Notes under the pieces: model-generated
The model's input: the letters and a program-made list of their open reading frames with translations, nothing else
Told to the model about the DNA's origin: nothing
The model's database searches: none
From: a virus
Taxonomy: Duplodnaviria > Caudoviricetes
Virus record (IMG/VR): IMGVR_UViG_3300020048_000007
Coordinates: 167,673-231,672 of that record
Length of the DNA: 64,000 nucleotides
Reading direction: 5' to 3' (one strand)
Shown here: positions 1-9,797 of the stretch, in pieces
Numbering within the stretch: position 1 is the first letter of the stretch
Layout: each line of letters starts with the position of its first letter
Position numbers and translations under genes: made by a program

Positions 1-851
1 TAAGTCTGTTTTGTGCTGGTCATTACTCTACGAACGAGCTCTTGGTGGTGATGGATGTCATCTAATCGGACACCAGTAAGCGTCCCCACAGCCCGCAGAG
101 CAGTCTTTAAAACATCCATCTCGAAAGTAATGAAGAGAACATCCTGACCCGTTTTGCCGTTGGATGTGTGTCCTCTTAAAGAACTGATTGCGTTATTGAC
201 TAGAAACACAGATTTACCGACGTTCGTCGGAGCAAGCCAGCACACCACTTCTTTAGGCGATGGACCACCATTGTTCAAAATATGGTCTAACCTTTGGAAC
301 CCTGTGGTCCTGTGCTCGATAGCATCAGGCTCGAATAGTAATTCGAAATTCTCTAAAAACCAGAATCCCTTGTCGCCGACATCAGCAATCCTGTTGGCTT
401 CGTTGACGATTTTCTCGATATACTCAAAGTTCTCGCTGTTATATGCTTCAATCGCTTCCTCGCTGTAAAGCATACCGAATGCTCTAACCTTTGCCCACTT
501 AAGAAGCGTATCCTTTATTAAAGGAATATCTCGCGGATTACTTTTCTTTTCTATGATCGGCAAAATGATGTCAAACGGGTCGCTAGATGTCAGAGTAGAT
601 TCAATGACATCTTTTAATATAGCTCTGGTAGGAACTACATTATATTTCTCATATAAGTTTAAGATCGTGGCAATGACGTAACGGCATTCCATTCTCTTAA
701 ACATATCAGGTTTTAAAAATCTGATCACCCCGGTGATGAATTCAGGGTGATCTAGTGATAACGCTATTATAGCTTCTTCTTGATACGGGCCAAACGGTTT
801 GCTAGCGTTATCTTCTTGATCTAGATTGCTCAATATATCCAGCGTGCTCAT
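1..851 (-). CDS. dnaB: DnaB/T4 gp41-like replicative helicase (5' part; runs off the left window edge)
   Basis: Not in the ORF track. Manual translation from ATG at 851 gives MSTLDILSNLDQEDNASKPFGPYQEEAIIALSLDHPEFITGVIRFLKPDMF...TTGFQRLDHILNNGGPSPKEVVCWLAPTNVGKS...LFITFEMD. The Walker A (APTNVGKS) resembles gp41 AGVNVGKS. The frame is open to base 1 and has an ATGA overlap with the upstream ORF. Confidence 0.88.
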   Translation of the reverse strand, partial: MSTLDILSNLDQEDNASKPFGPYQEEAIIALSLDHPEFITGVIRFLKPDMFKRMECRYVIATILNLYEKYNVVPTRAILKDVIESTLTSSDPFDIILPIIEKKSNPRDIPLIKDTLLKWAKVRAFGMLYSEEAIEAYNSENFEYIEKIVNEANRIADVGDKGFWFLENFELLFEPDAIEHRTTGFQRLDHILNNGGPSPKEVVCWLAPTNVGKSVFLVNNAISSLRGHTSNGKTGQDVLFITFEMDVLKTALRAVGTLTGVRLDDIHHHQELVRRVMTSTKQT

Positions 852-1162
852 GTGCAATATTTCTGCTTCTTGGTCTGTATAGCAAGTAGAACCGCTTGTG
901 CTCTCATCTCCGCAAGAGTCAACGCCGTGCATTGATCTATCATCTCATCTTCTGTGAAATACAACACAGCACCATTAATGAGAGATGTCCTGTCGCCATA
1001 TAGTGATGGGGCCAATGGCTGACTTGCAGACGCTTGAATTGTATAAACCCAAACATTATTGATGAACGACATTGACGATACTTTTACTGGCTCTAGGAAA
1101 CCAAGAGCTGCAGACTCGCGAAGGTAAACGACATCACCTGGATTGTATTTTGGGCCTGTCAT
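848..1162 (-). CDS. hypothetical protein
   Basis: 104-aa ORF translationally coupled by 4-bp overlaps to recA and the helicase. Confidence 0.7.
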   Translation of the reverse strand: MTGPKYNPGDVVYLRESAALGFLEPVKVSSMSFINNVWVYTIQASASQPLAPSLYGDRTSLINGAVLYFTEDEMIDQCTALTLAEMRAQAVLLAIQTKKQKYCT

Positions 1163-2292
1163 TCTGAACCTCCATCAAGGATTCCATCGTCTAAACCATC
1201 TTCATCTAATGTTTCTTCGATATTAATAGCGAAGTTTTGACGTTTCTGTATATCGCCAAACATCGCTTTATACGTTCGATCTTTAATCTCATTCATAATG
1301 GCTTCATTAGAACGGACATTTTGAATAGTATTATTGATGCCATTACCAACGTGGGTTTCCCCAAAATAGTAGTTGCTTCCACGTTTAGTAAAGACTTTTG
1401 CTACCTTCTCTGAAATTTCAATCAGGCTAGCTACTTCGTCGATACCGAATATCGGTCTAACATCTTTTCCTACGCATATATCGTATTCAGCTTCCAGAAA
1501 TGGCGCTGCGACCTTGTTTTTTACGACCTTCGATCTCGTCCTAAATGCGATTATATCGTCTTTATCTTTAATGGGCGCGACCTTTTTGATTTCCATGCGA
1601 ATTGAAGCATAGAATTTTAGAGCACGACCACCAGGCGTATGCTCTGGATTACCAAACATTTGACCGACTTTTTCACGCAACTGATTGATGAAGATAATGG
1701 TAGTCTTTGTATTATTGCACTTTCCTCTGATCTTTCCGAGACCTTTGCCCATCAGCTGAGCTAAGGCACCCATATTAGCGTCGCTTATATCACCCTCAAG
1801 AATAGATCTCGGTACTAAAGCAGCGACAGAATCGACGACCACTAGATCCACAAGCCCAGAATCAACGATGCGTTCTATGATTTGGAAGCCTTCTTCGCCA
1901 CTATCCGGCTGCGAAATTATGAGGTTATCCGTGTTGACACCTATCTTTTTAGCCCATTGGATATCAAGGGCATGCTCAGCATCTATGAAGGCTACAACGC
2001 CGTTTCTTTTTTTGTCTTTAAAATAGTAGTTTTGGCATGCTTTCGTAATCTGCAAGCATGTTGTGGTTTTTCCACCTGACTCTGGCCCATATATTTCTAT
2101 TATTCTACCTAGCGGCAAGCCACCGCATCCTAACGCGTAGTCTATTGATGCTACTTGCGTTGAGAACACTTGTACGTTGACTATTGATCCGTTTCCCTGT
2201 GCAATAGAGCCACTACCGAAGTCTTTTTCAATTGATTGCAGCAAATCATTTAGATTTGTGCTCTTTATTATCGTCTTCTTTTCCTTGGCCAT
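1159..2292 (-). CDS. recA: RecA recombinase
   Basis: GGLPLGRIIEIYGPESGGKTT, FIDAEHALD, SQPDSGEE, VVDSVAALVP, FINQLREKVG, GGRALKFYAS and VVKNKVAAPF are all canonical bacterial RecA motifs; acidic C-terminal tail. Confidence 0.97.
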   Translation of the reverse strand: MAKEKKTIIKSTNLNDLLQSIEKDFGSGSIAQGNGSIVNVQVFSTQVASIDYALGCGGLPLGRIIEIYGPESGGKTTTCLQITKACQNYYFKDKKRNGVVAFIDAEHALDIQWAKKIGVNTDNLIISQPDSGEEGFQIIERIVDSGLVDLVVVDSVAALVPRSILEGDISDANMGALAQLMGKGLGKIRGKCNNTKTTIIFINQLREKVGQMFGNPEHTPGGRALKFYASIRMEIKKVAPIKDKDDIIAFRTRSKVVKNKVAAPFLEAEYDICVGKDVRPIFGIDEVASLIEISEKVAKVFTKRGSNYYFGETHVGNGINNTIQNVRSNEAIMNEIKDRTYKAMFGDIQKRQNFAINIEETLDEDGLDDGILDGGSE

Positions 2293-2551
2293 CTCTTAGG
2301 TTTCCTAGCATTGAGTATATTTGTGACATGGTTTTGTCATAGTCTAAGACCTTTAACACATCTTTTGCTGGTAATCGTATTGTTATGGGGCCTTTGGTCA
2401 ATACAAGATCGTGCTCCACAACTCCAGCGACCAGCCAATCACCATCTGTTGTGGGCTTGTCTATAGGGGATGAAATATAAGATAGGTTCTTAATAGTAAG
2501 TAACCTGACTCTATCAAGTCTTCCTATACGTTCTAGTGACTCTTGTGCCAT
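2246..2551 (-). CDS. hypothetical protein
   Basis: Track ORF 2246..2605. The likely start is ATG 2551 (MAQESL), which avoids overlap with the divergent + gene. Confidence 0.6.
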   Translation of the reverse strand: MAQESLERIGRLDRVRLLTIKNLSYISSPIDKPTTDGDWLVAGVVEHDLVLTKGPITIRLPAKDVLKVLDYDKTMSQIYSMLGNLRDGQGKEDDNKEHKSK

Positions 2552-2568
2552 GGCAAATTTATCTTTAG

Positions 2569-3129
2569 ATGGAGGGTTCAATGCCGATGAGCAGTAAACT
2601 GACAAAGAATGAGAAAATGCTTGTTGAAGCTATCAACAGCATGTTTGATCTGGACGCGCAAGTAGGTCTCGCCTTCCATGACAAAAAAGATCTCGAACCG
2701 CATAATGAAGAACGCGGATACGAATACTTACACAACCAAATAGATGATATGTTCGCACTCAAAGCAGCAGAGCTCATCCATGCCGATAGCGTGAATCAGG
2801 CATTCCACAAAGTACACAGCTACAAATATCTAGATGACCCCACATTTCCAACTGCAATGGAAAAAGAATTGGTTGCACAAGCCGTGCCAGCAGAAGAACG
2901 AGCCAAAGCAGTTGCCGCCATAACCAGCATCATCAAAGAGCTAAGGAAAGAACAAAAAAACTGGGCTGAAAAAGACTACGGTTTCAACCCACACATGGAC
3001 GAAATCGAAAAAGTATCAAAACCAGAACAACCACTAGATTTTAAAATCCATGATAAAGATGGATATAACGAAGCCAACGTGGACTGGGACAAAGAAGACT
3101 TTAAACCGGGTCGAACCCCAGACGCATGA
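2569..3129 (+). CDS. hypothetical protein
   Basis: 186-aa charged ORF. A GGAGGG RBS suggests the true start is 2581 or 2587. ATGA overlap with the next gene. Confidence 0.7.
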   Translation: MEGSMPMSSKLTKNEKMLVEAINSMFDLDAQVGLAFHDKKDLEPHNEERGYEYLHNQIDDMFALKAAELIHADSVNQAFHKVHSYKYLDDPTFPTAMEKELVAQAVPAEERAKAVAAITSIIKELRKEQKNWAEKDYGFNPHMDEIEKVSKPEQPLDFKIHDKDGYNEANVDWDKEDFKPGRTPDA

Positions 3130-3368
3130 AAATCAGGCAGATATACGAAAACCTCCTGAACCAAAAATTGCGAGAACTATCGCAAGATACCGGCTTCTTC
3201 CAAAGACCAGCCGTTAACAGCATACCATTATACGATGCCGAACGTGGCTTTGATTCCGACTCAAGAGCCACATCCAACACGACCGGCAAAAAAGGTATTC
3301 CCACATCTAAACGGCACAGAAAATTCTTCAATATAAGCATCGGGCCAGAAGAAATGTCTGTTCAGTAA
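3126..3368 (+). CDS. hypothetical protein
   Basis: 80-aa ORF coupled to the previous gene; N-terminus MKIRQIYENLLNQKLRE. Confidence 0.55.
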   Translation: MKIRQIYENLLNQKLRELSQDTGFFQRPAVNSIPLYDAERGFDSDSRATSNTTGKKGIPTSKRHRKFFNISIGPEEMSVQ

Positions 3369-4123
3369 ACAGAAATAATACCTGAACCCTGACACTTAGG
3401 ACAAACAATATCCTGATTCATGTTCCTAATACTGCCAGCTTCATGGCAGAGAGGACATGATTTCATAGAATCCTTATAACCAGATTTAAAATCTGGACTC
3501 TTACCACTAATAGAATCCTCAGCCATACGTTTAAACCGATTCTGCAAATGCTGATCATTCTCGCGCTTCGAAATCTTAATCCTTGTAGTGCCGGTGCCGT
3601 CTACCCTTCTCTCCGGAATCGCAATCGGAACGCCCTCCCGCCCCTCCATCATCGTGATTTTAGCCTGTCCCTTAAGTAAACTAGGGTCAAGCTTATCCTT
3701 AGAAGAGCTAGCCTGAAAGCTAGAAAAAGACTCAACTCCGCCACCACCAACAGACTGCATCATCTTATTATCAATGAAATCAGTCGTAACGATATCATCA
3801 CCTTCCATAGGCAAAAAAGCCTGATTCTGAGGAGCATTATATTGTGGTTGAGGCTGCTGAACCACCGGTGCTGCAGGAGCATGAACTACCGACAAATTAT
3901 TACCAGGATTTACTGAAATATTCAATCCCAACAACTTAGCTTGAGCCAAAAACTCATCGATCTGCTTCTGTCGATTAGTATATGCAATACGAGCACTCTT
4001 GATAGTCGCATCTTCCGCATGCTCATCACATATAACGACGGTTGTCCTCTCACCACCATCTAATGTGATTTGAAGCGTAGTATTTAAATTTTCAGAAGCG
4101 CCACAGTAAACACAAGTGCTCAT
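3362..4123 (-). CDS. zinc-binding hypothetical protein
   Basis: N-terminal CVYC...CDEH; C-terminal CPLCHEAG...CPKCQGSG (DnaJ-like CxxCxGxG); P/Q-rich linker. Confidence 0.7.
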   Translation of the reverse strand: MSTCVYCGASENLNTTLQITLDGGERTTVVICDEHAEDATIKSARIAYTNRQKQIDEFLAQAKLLGLNISVNPGNNLSVVHAPAAPVVQQPQPQYNAPQNQAFLPMEGDDIVTTDFIDNKMMQSVGGGGVESFSSFQASSSKDKLDPSLLKGQAKITMMEGREGVPIAIPERRVDGTGTTRIKISKRENDQHLQNRFKRMAEDSISGKSPDFKSGYKDSMKSCPLCHEAGSIRNMNQDIVCPKCQGSGIISVY

Positions 4124-4137
4124 AGAAGATCCTCATC

Positions 4138-4539
4138 ATGAAAACGCGATTCATCGTTATACCCGTCAACCTAGGCATCAATATTGATGATATTATAAGT
4201 ACAGATCTAACTGATCTGACAACAGAATCGAGATCCGAATTAGATAAAGCACTCAACATAGCAAAAGCAGTACAAAGCGTCAAAATAGAAAAAACCAAAC
4301 AAAAAGAAGAAAAAACCACCAAGCTACAAAAAAACATAATAGCCCTATACGAAGCAATTAAAAACGCAAACACAACAGGCGTATCATCAAAAGACATAAA
4401 AACAATACTAAACGACGAATCAGCAAACCTAAGCACACTGACACCAAAGCTACGGACATACCTGAAAGAACAAGACCCTGAATATGAATTAGAAAAAGTA
4501 ACAAGAGCAGGAACAGTATACTATCGCTTCTCTAAATAG
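4138..4539 (+). CDS. hypothetical protein
   Basis: 133-aa basic ORF with a coiled-coil-like middle and a possible winged-helix-like C-terminus. Confidence 0.65.
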   Translation: MKTRFIVIPVNLGINIDDIISTDLTDLTTESRSELDKALNIAKAVQSVKIEKTKQKEEKTTKLQKNIIALYEAIKNANTTGVSSKDIKTILNDESANLSTLTPKLRTYLKEQDPEYELEKVTRAGTVYYRFSK

Positions 4540-5461
4540 GCTTTTTCTCGACAAACCCCCGCTGAGCATACTTAATTAGCCTCAAAACGCAACTGCTAAC
4601 ATCCATGCAGTGATCCCACTGGGCATAACTTCCAACGCAATGGATACCTAATTTTTCGACGATATCGAGAATAGGCATTTCACCCAACACAAGGTAATCC
4701 TTAATGCTCGTACCATCCAAAATGTCAAAGTCCTTCAAAAAAGACATAAAATACTGACCTGGATAAGGAATTTCCTCATTAAAATAAAACAAATACCTAT
4801 TTTTCGCAATATTAGAAACCTTAAAAAATGAAAACATCTTATCGACCACCATCACCTGATTACTACCCTCAAAATCCAAGTGCTCAGTATAAACATGCAT
4901 AAAATGAACAGGTTTAGCCTTAAGATCATGAGAAACGCCACAAAGATCAAAAAGAACATTCAATGGAATAGTGCTTACAATGTTCTCATAGTCCACCCTT
5001 TTGCCTCCCTCAAAAACTAAAGTCTTATCCTTAATAGCTGTTAGCCTCCCCAGCTCAGAGCCCTTTGAAATATCAGTGGTTTCTAGGTACTTTGAATACA
5101 GCTCATTTACTCTTAAATCGTAGACCTCAAGTTCCATATTGTGTTTCATATAAGCACTAATATGAGAAGGCGTGTTTACTCCAAACAAATTACTAGCCCA
5201 ATCCATACAGATTCCATCATCATGATTCTGGTACAGTAATCCTCTGATGGAATAAGCCCTGTTATATTGAAACTTCTGAACTTTACCGAATTTATCAGAC
5301 ACAAAGCAATCTACTTCTTTATTGGCCACCATGAAGTTGTCGTCGAGACTTGGGTTAAAGGAAAAAAACCTACTCTTATAAAACGGAATTATTGTCCAAT
5401 CTGGCCCTAAAATATCTCTTGCAAGCATCGCTACGACACCAGATCCTAATATGTATTTCAT
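4532..5461 (-). CDS. FAD/NAD(P)-binding oxidoreductase-like protein
   Basis: N-terminal Rossmann motif YILGSGVVAMLA, plus IVSTIPL and C-terminal VGSYAQWDH, resembling the UDP-galactopyranose mutase/protoporphyrinogen oxidase-like fold. Confidence 0.65.
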   Translation of the reverse strand: MKYILGSGVVAMLARDILGPDWTIIPFYKSRFFSFNPSLDDNFMVANKEVDCFVSDKFGKVQKFQYNRAYSIRGLLYQNHDDGICMDWASNLFGVNTPSHISAYMKHNMELEVYDLRVNELYSKYLETTDISKGSELGRLTAIKDKTLVFEGGKRVDYENIVSTIPLNVLFDLCGVSHDLKAKPVHFMHVYTEHLDFEGSNQVMVVDKMFSFFKVSNIAKNRYLFYFNEEIPYPGQYFMSFLKDFDILDGTSIKDYLVLGEMPILDIVEKLGIHCVGSYAQWDHCMDVSSCVLRLIKYAQRGFVEKKPI

Positions 5462-5910
5462 TCTTCCACCAAATCCTCATCAAAATTGATACCAAGGTCA
5501 CTCTTCGGAAGCTTCTTACCAGAACCATAATCTATGAAGTCACCGCCAAACACAGCCTTCCTCTTATCAACATCAACCGGCTTATTGAAGCCAACCAAAG
5601 GATTAAAAGCATGATCTATGAGATCAGACAAGCTCATAATATTGGCTCTAATAGGATCTATAAAAGGAAAAACTGGTTTCGGTCTCAGACTCTCACACTG
5701 CTCACAGACACATTCACCAGACATTCTATACTCAATACCAGCACCGCACGCAGGACAAGTCAACAGTACCTTAGTAGGTCTTACAAGATCACCAAACGCA
5801 TCTAAAGACTTTCGGTGATCCACTATGTTACCACTAAACTCAAAAGGTCTTGCATAGACCTTTACTCCATAGATATCGACTTCGACTAAATCGTACGGAT
5901 TATAACTCAC
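5458..5910 (-). CDS. zinc-ribbon hypothetical protein
   Basis: CPAC...CVCEQC; overlapping stop/start with neighbours. Confidence 0.65.
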   Translation of the reverse strand: MSYNPYDLVEVDIYGVKVYARPFEFSGNIVDHRKSLDAFGDLVRPTKVLLTCPACGAGIEYRMSGECVCEQCESLRPKPVFPFIDPIRANIMSLSDLIDHAFNPLVGFNKPVDVDKRKAVFGGDFIDYGSGKKLPKSDLGINFDEDLVEE

Positions 5911-6449
5911 GATGAACTAGACCAGGATGATTCAACAGGTACGTTTTGTTTAGAAACCCAGTAATGATATCTATCTTGACAAATACTTATTTCAAGGTCT
6001 CTAGAAGATGCTTCGACTGAAGCATTCTTCCTAAAATCAACTCCACCACAAACGCACACATTCTTAGAAATGCTATTTCTCCCACATTTTAAGCACACAT
6101 ATGGCTGTTTAGACATATTTACAGAAACTTTCCCGAAGACAGCATAATAATAAGCATCTGACAACACAAGATCTACACCTGTTAAACCACAAAAATGCTT
6201 CACAATGCCAGTCCTATTGTTCATACTAGAAGTATAAACATTAACGACTTCATCAGAAACACTTTCATAGCATGCGGCACAAAAGTCAAATGACTTCTCC
6301 GGTTTTTGCTGCAGTATATCTGTTATAGGTGGTCTCCTACCGCCATACTGCTTTACCTTCATCACATTCACACTATAATAATCAAAGTCTTCCTTATTCG
6401 TCGCTTTGCATATATCACATATTATTCCGGTTTGATCTTGCGTTTGCAT
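5907..6449 (-). CDS. Cys-rich hypothetical protein
   Basis: CDIC, CAAC, CLKC and CVCGG motifs; same operon as the DnaE C-terminal gene. Confidence 0.7.
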   Translation of the reverse strand: MQTQDQTGIICDICKATNKEDFDYYSVNVMKVKQYGGRRPPITDILQQKPEKSFDFCAACYESVSDEVVNVYTSSMNNRTGIVKHFCGLTGVDLVLSDAYYYAVFGKVSVNMSKQPYVCLKCGRNSISKNVCVCGGVDFRKNASVEASSRDLEISICQDRYHYWVSKQNVPVESSWSSSS

Positions 6450-9141
6450 CGGACTTTCTCTTAAGTTTCGATATCTTCTGACGTCTACTTACACAAAACA
6501 TACCCCTAGCATCGAAATCAACAGGAATATGAATTCCAATGCCAGGTTCAAAACACGCCTCATCCTGCATCATTAATTCCTTCTCCCATACAAACACCAT
6601 ACAATCAGCAATCCCATCAGTACCAAAAATCTTACCATAAGGTTTACCTGTCTTAGTCATATCCCTAACGAATTTGCTTGTATACAAATGTAAAAAATTG
6701 TTTCCTTCCTCCTTAGAAGCGCGATCCTTAGAAGCAGCTATGGTTCCATCACCGGTTATCTTATAAGAACCAAGCGGAGAATCAAGGTAATACCCAATAT
6801 ACTCCTGCTGGAAAGCTAATCTTTCTTCTAAAGTAAAATCGTCTAAAGTCACTTTATTAATATTTTCTAAAGTTACTTCGATTTTCGGCATCCATTTCGT
6901 TATCGCTGGTGGGATCTTATTACGTTTAGGATAGGCGCGGCGATACTCTTGCTCTTGGCGATCACGCTCCTTGGCAATCGTCTTCTCATCCCATCCTTCT
7001 AGAGCCATAAGGTCATTGTGAAGTTGCACTTTCATCTCTCTAATGTCTTTATTCACAGAGCAGTAAAAATACTGATAATACTTCCATAAAGCACGGCTGT
7101 TCTGATGTCCAGGCAATTGCTGGAAAGCATTTAACTTGATAAATCTTTCCAAAACAGGTTTACTCCTCCGGCCAGAATCTTCACCACCGACAAATTCATC
7201 AAGCGATTTATAATCACCCTTTCCAGTAAAAACCAAAGCGGCTGAATCACCAATGCCTTTAATACCAATCATGCCCTGATTAATACTGTCGCCAGATACC
7301 TTGAATCCACGCTGAAGATTATTTATATCAATAGTACCGAAGTGAACACCCTCGGCTGGAATGGCTGGTTTATGGCTCCCACTGTATGTGATTACCGACG
7401 GCTTCCATTCTTCAGACCTAGCCATGCCCATATATCTAGGCAACTTCTTGGCGTGGCAATCACTCATAATAGCAGCCCAAAACTCAGGTGCAAAGTGCGC
7501 CTTCAACCACAAGCATCTCATAGTCAGCAGGCAGTAACTCACACTATGTGATTTATTAAATGCATACCTGCCGAATGTTTCCATCTTCTCCCACCAGTAC
7601 GCAGCAGCTTCCTCACCAATAGACTTACCAGCACCTTCAAGCCATTTGGTCTTAATCGGCTTTAATTTGTGTGTCCACTTCTTAGCCACGGCCTTCCGAG
7701 CATCCTGTGATTCAGGACTAGTGAAAGCAGCAAGCCTCTGCCATAGTGCCTGTAACTGTTCTTGGTAAACAATAACCCCATAGGTGGACTCAAGAACAGA
7801 TAAAAACTCTGGGTGCAACTTCTCTTTCCATTTATTAAGACTATCATCGCGGTTAGCCATAGCCTCAGGAATTGATTGCATAGGACCTGGGTGGCCCATG
7901 GCATTTAAAAGCATTAAGTCTTCGAAAGACTTCACACCATGTTCTAAGATCCCTTTGCCATTATCTGTATCAAATTGAAATATGCCATCAGTCTTCTTAT
8001 CGTTCGCAAGCTTCAAAGCTGCTGGATCATCCATGTTTATAAAATGTTTTTCCCCGCTCTGATCGAAATAAAAGCCGATTATCCTTTGCTCTGGATCATT
8101 ATAATCCATTCCCTCCAGATTATCACCAAACGAAATCCCGCGATTTTCTTCGATAAACTTGCATGCCTCGAATAGGTACTTCACAGTCTTTAAACCAAGT
8201 AGATCCCATTTGACATAACCGAATTTGCTCAGCTGAGTGGTTCTTCCCTCGGTCCACATGCTTACCCAAAAGCCCTTCTTACCACTTTTCGCCATTGGAA
8301 CGTTCCCAAACAATGGCCTGTCAGTAATAATCAGAGCTCCCGCGTGCATCCCCTGATTCCTAATGCGGCCAACTAGCTGCTTGGCGTAGTCAACGACATT
8401 CGGGTGTATACGATATAATTCAGCAAGCTCTTTTACTTCTGCTAAGAGCTTACCAATGGTCGGGGCCTCAGTATCTGTCTGATTACAAAAAGGGCATATT
8501 TTCGCATCATGCACCTTTCCGCAATCTTGTTCAGCCCCTTCAATGATGATTCTACTTTTACAAACGGAAAACCCGCCTTCTCTCAGATCGTCGACTTCAT
8601 CAGGCATCTCAGTGGTGAAACGCTCTGCCTCATATCGTGTCATAACACCAAGTGCCGTAGACACGTCTAAAATCGCACTTCTTAACTTGTAGGTCTGCCA
8701 GGTCCCAACAGAGCAAACACTGCCATAAACATCATCGACGTTACTCCCATAACGCTGAATCGCATATTCCTTCAAAGGATCTCTAGATTCTGGGATACAA
8801 TCGATATCGATATCTGGCATGTCAGTATCTTTAGTGATATCTTCAGGATAATACCCATACTTGTTCTTGTAACTCATAACACTAGAAGCCGCAATGGAAT
8901 TAAGCATCGGCGTGGTCCGCTCATAGAACGGATCATCATCAGAAACACCCAACAGATACGCTATGAGAAGCCTATTTGGGTTTTTAAGCCCCTTTTGATC
9001 AGATTCAGCAACACGTATCCAGTATGCTTCTGTACCCTGTTTTTCAATCTCTGATATTTCAAACATCAATCTATCAACATACGTGCTGCCTAATGCTTTA
9101 CCTTTAGGTATTAACGTTTCTTTCATATCATTCCAGGTCAT
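6415..9141 (-). CDS. dnaE: DNA polymerase III alpha (family C), C-terminal/catalytic fragment
   Basis: MPDIDID catalytic motif, GRIRNQGMHAGALII, KWDLLGL, GIFQFD, TYGVIVYQEQ, ARKAVAKK, FGRYAFNKSHSVSY, FAPEFWAAIM, GIKGIG and an OB-fold remnant (QQEYIGYYL...GKPYGKIFG). No PHP domain. Confidence 0.95.
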   Translation of the reverse strand: MTWNDMKETLIPKGKALGSTYVDRLMFEISEIEKQGTEAYWIRVAESDQKGLKNPNRLLIAYLLGVSDDDPFYERTTPMLNSIAASSVMSYKNKYGYYPEDITKDTDMPDIDIDCIPESRDPLKEYAIQRYGSNVDDVYGSVCSVGTWQTYKLRSAILDVSTALGVMTRYEAERFTTEMPDEVDDLREGGFSVCKSRIIIEGAEQDCGKVHDAKICPFCNQTDTEAPTIGKLLAEVKELAELYRIHPNVVDYAKQLVGRIRNQGMHAGALIITDRPLFGNVPMAKSGKKGFWVSMWTEGRTTQLSKFGYVKWDLLGLKTVKYLFEACKFIEENRGISFGDNLEGMDYNDPEQRIIGFYFDQSGEKHFINMDDPAALKLANDKKTDGIFQFDTDNGKGILEHGVKSFEDLMLLNAMGHPGPMQSIPEAMANRDDSLNKWKEKLHPEFLSVLESTYGVIVYQEQLQALWQRLAAFTSPESQDARKAVAKKWTHKLKPIKTKWLEGAGKSIGEEAAAYWWEKMETFGRYAFNKSHSVSYCLLTMRCLWLKAHFAPEFWAAIMSDCHAKKLPRYMGMARSEEWKPSVITYSGSHKPAIPAEGVHFGTIDINNLQRGFKVSGDSINQGMIGIKGIGDSAALVFTGKGDYKSLDEFVGGEDSGRRSKPVLERFIKLNAFQQLPGHQNSRALWKYYQYFYCSVNKDIREMKVQLHNDLMALEGWDEKTIAKERDRQEQEYRRAYPKRNKIPPAITKWMPKIEVTLENINKVTLDDFTLEERLAFQQEYIGYYLDSPLGSYKITGDGTIAASKDRASKEEGNNFLHLYTSKFVRDMTKTGKPYGKIFGTDGIADCMVFVWEKELMMQDEACFEPGIGIHIPVDFDARGMFCVSRRQKISKLKRKSDANARSNRNNM

Positions 9142-9797
9142 ACATCTTCCTTTATCTGGATCTGATGGGCTGATTTGATGTGGTTTGTTAGGCCATAGCT
9201 GCTAATTGTCTTCTTACCACAGATGTGGCAAGCATATACAGTACCGTCAGTAGAAATCGGCTTAGCTTTGCAAGTTTTAGCATGCAAAGTATAACCAGAC
9301 ATGGAAGACATAATTTTTCCACAATTAGCACATTTCATGCCATCATTGCCTATAGCACACCCTATCATTTTCGATAATGGCTTTTCTCTATCCATTTCAT
9401 AACAAAGATCTGGTGGTCGCCATTCTTTATTCGATGGCCTGCCTGTAACCCAGCTCTCATGAATAGGAAGGCTCATTGAGTCTAAGTTAGCATCACTATC
9501 AGCGTATAGTATAGCATCAACTGCCCTTATTTTAACGTAGTATAATGGTCTTCCGTCTTTCACACAAGCTTTTAAGACGTCTTTGTACGCTTTATCATCT
9601 AACTCTATAATTTTCGATATCGTGGTTTTGTGAAGTATCAAGCCTCTATATTCTTCATATTTAAAATCGCTTTTTGCCCAGTATGGCCTTAATGATAGTA
9701 AAATGAGTATCTCTTTTAGACTCTTTTCTTCTCCATTAACATAGGTCTTATTGTTTTCTTCAGTGATTTTATAACCTTTGGGGTTCAAGTCTCGCAT
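9138..9797 (-). CDS. protein with two C-terminal C2H2/C2HC zinc fingers
   Basis: CANC-x12-H-x3-C and YACHIC-x12-H-x4-H; ATGA overlap with the DnaE-C start. Confidence 0.75.
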   Translation of the reverse strand: MRDLNPKGYKITEENNKTYVNGEEKSLKEILILLSLRPYWAKSDFKYEEYRGLILHKTTISKIIELDDKAYKDVLKACVKDGRPLYYVKIRAVDAILYADSDANLDSMSLPIHESWVTGRPSNKEWRPPDLCYEMDREKPLSKMIGCAIGNDGMKCANCGKIMSSMSGYTLHAKTCKAKPISTDGTVYACHICGKKTISSYGLTNHIKSAHQIQIKEDV

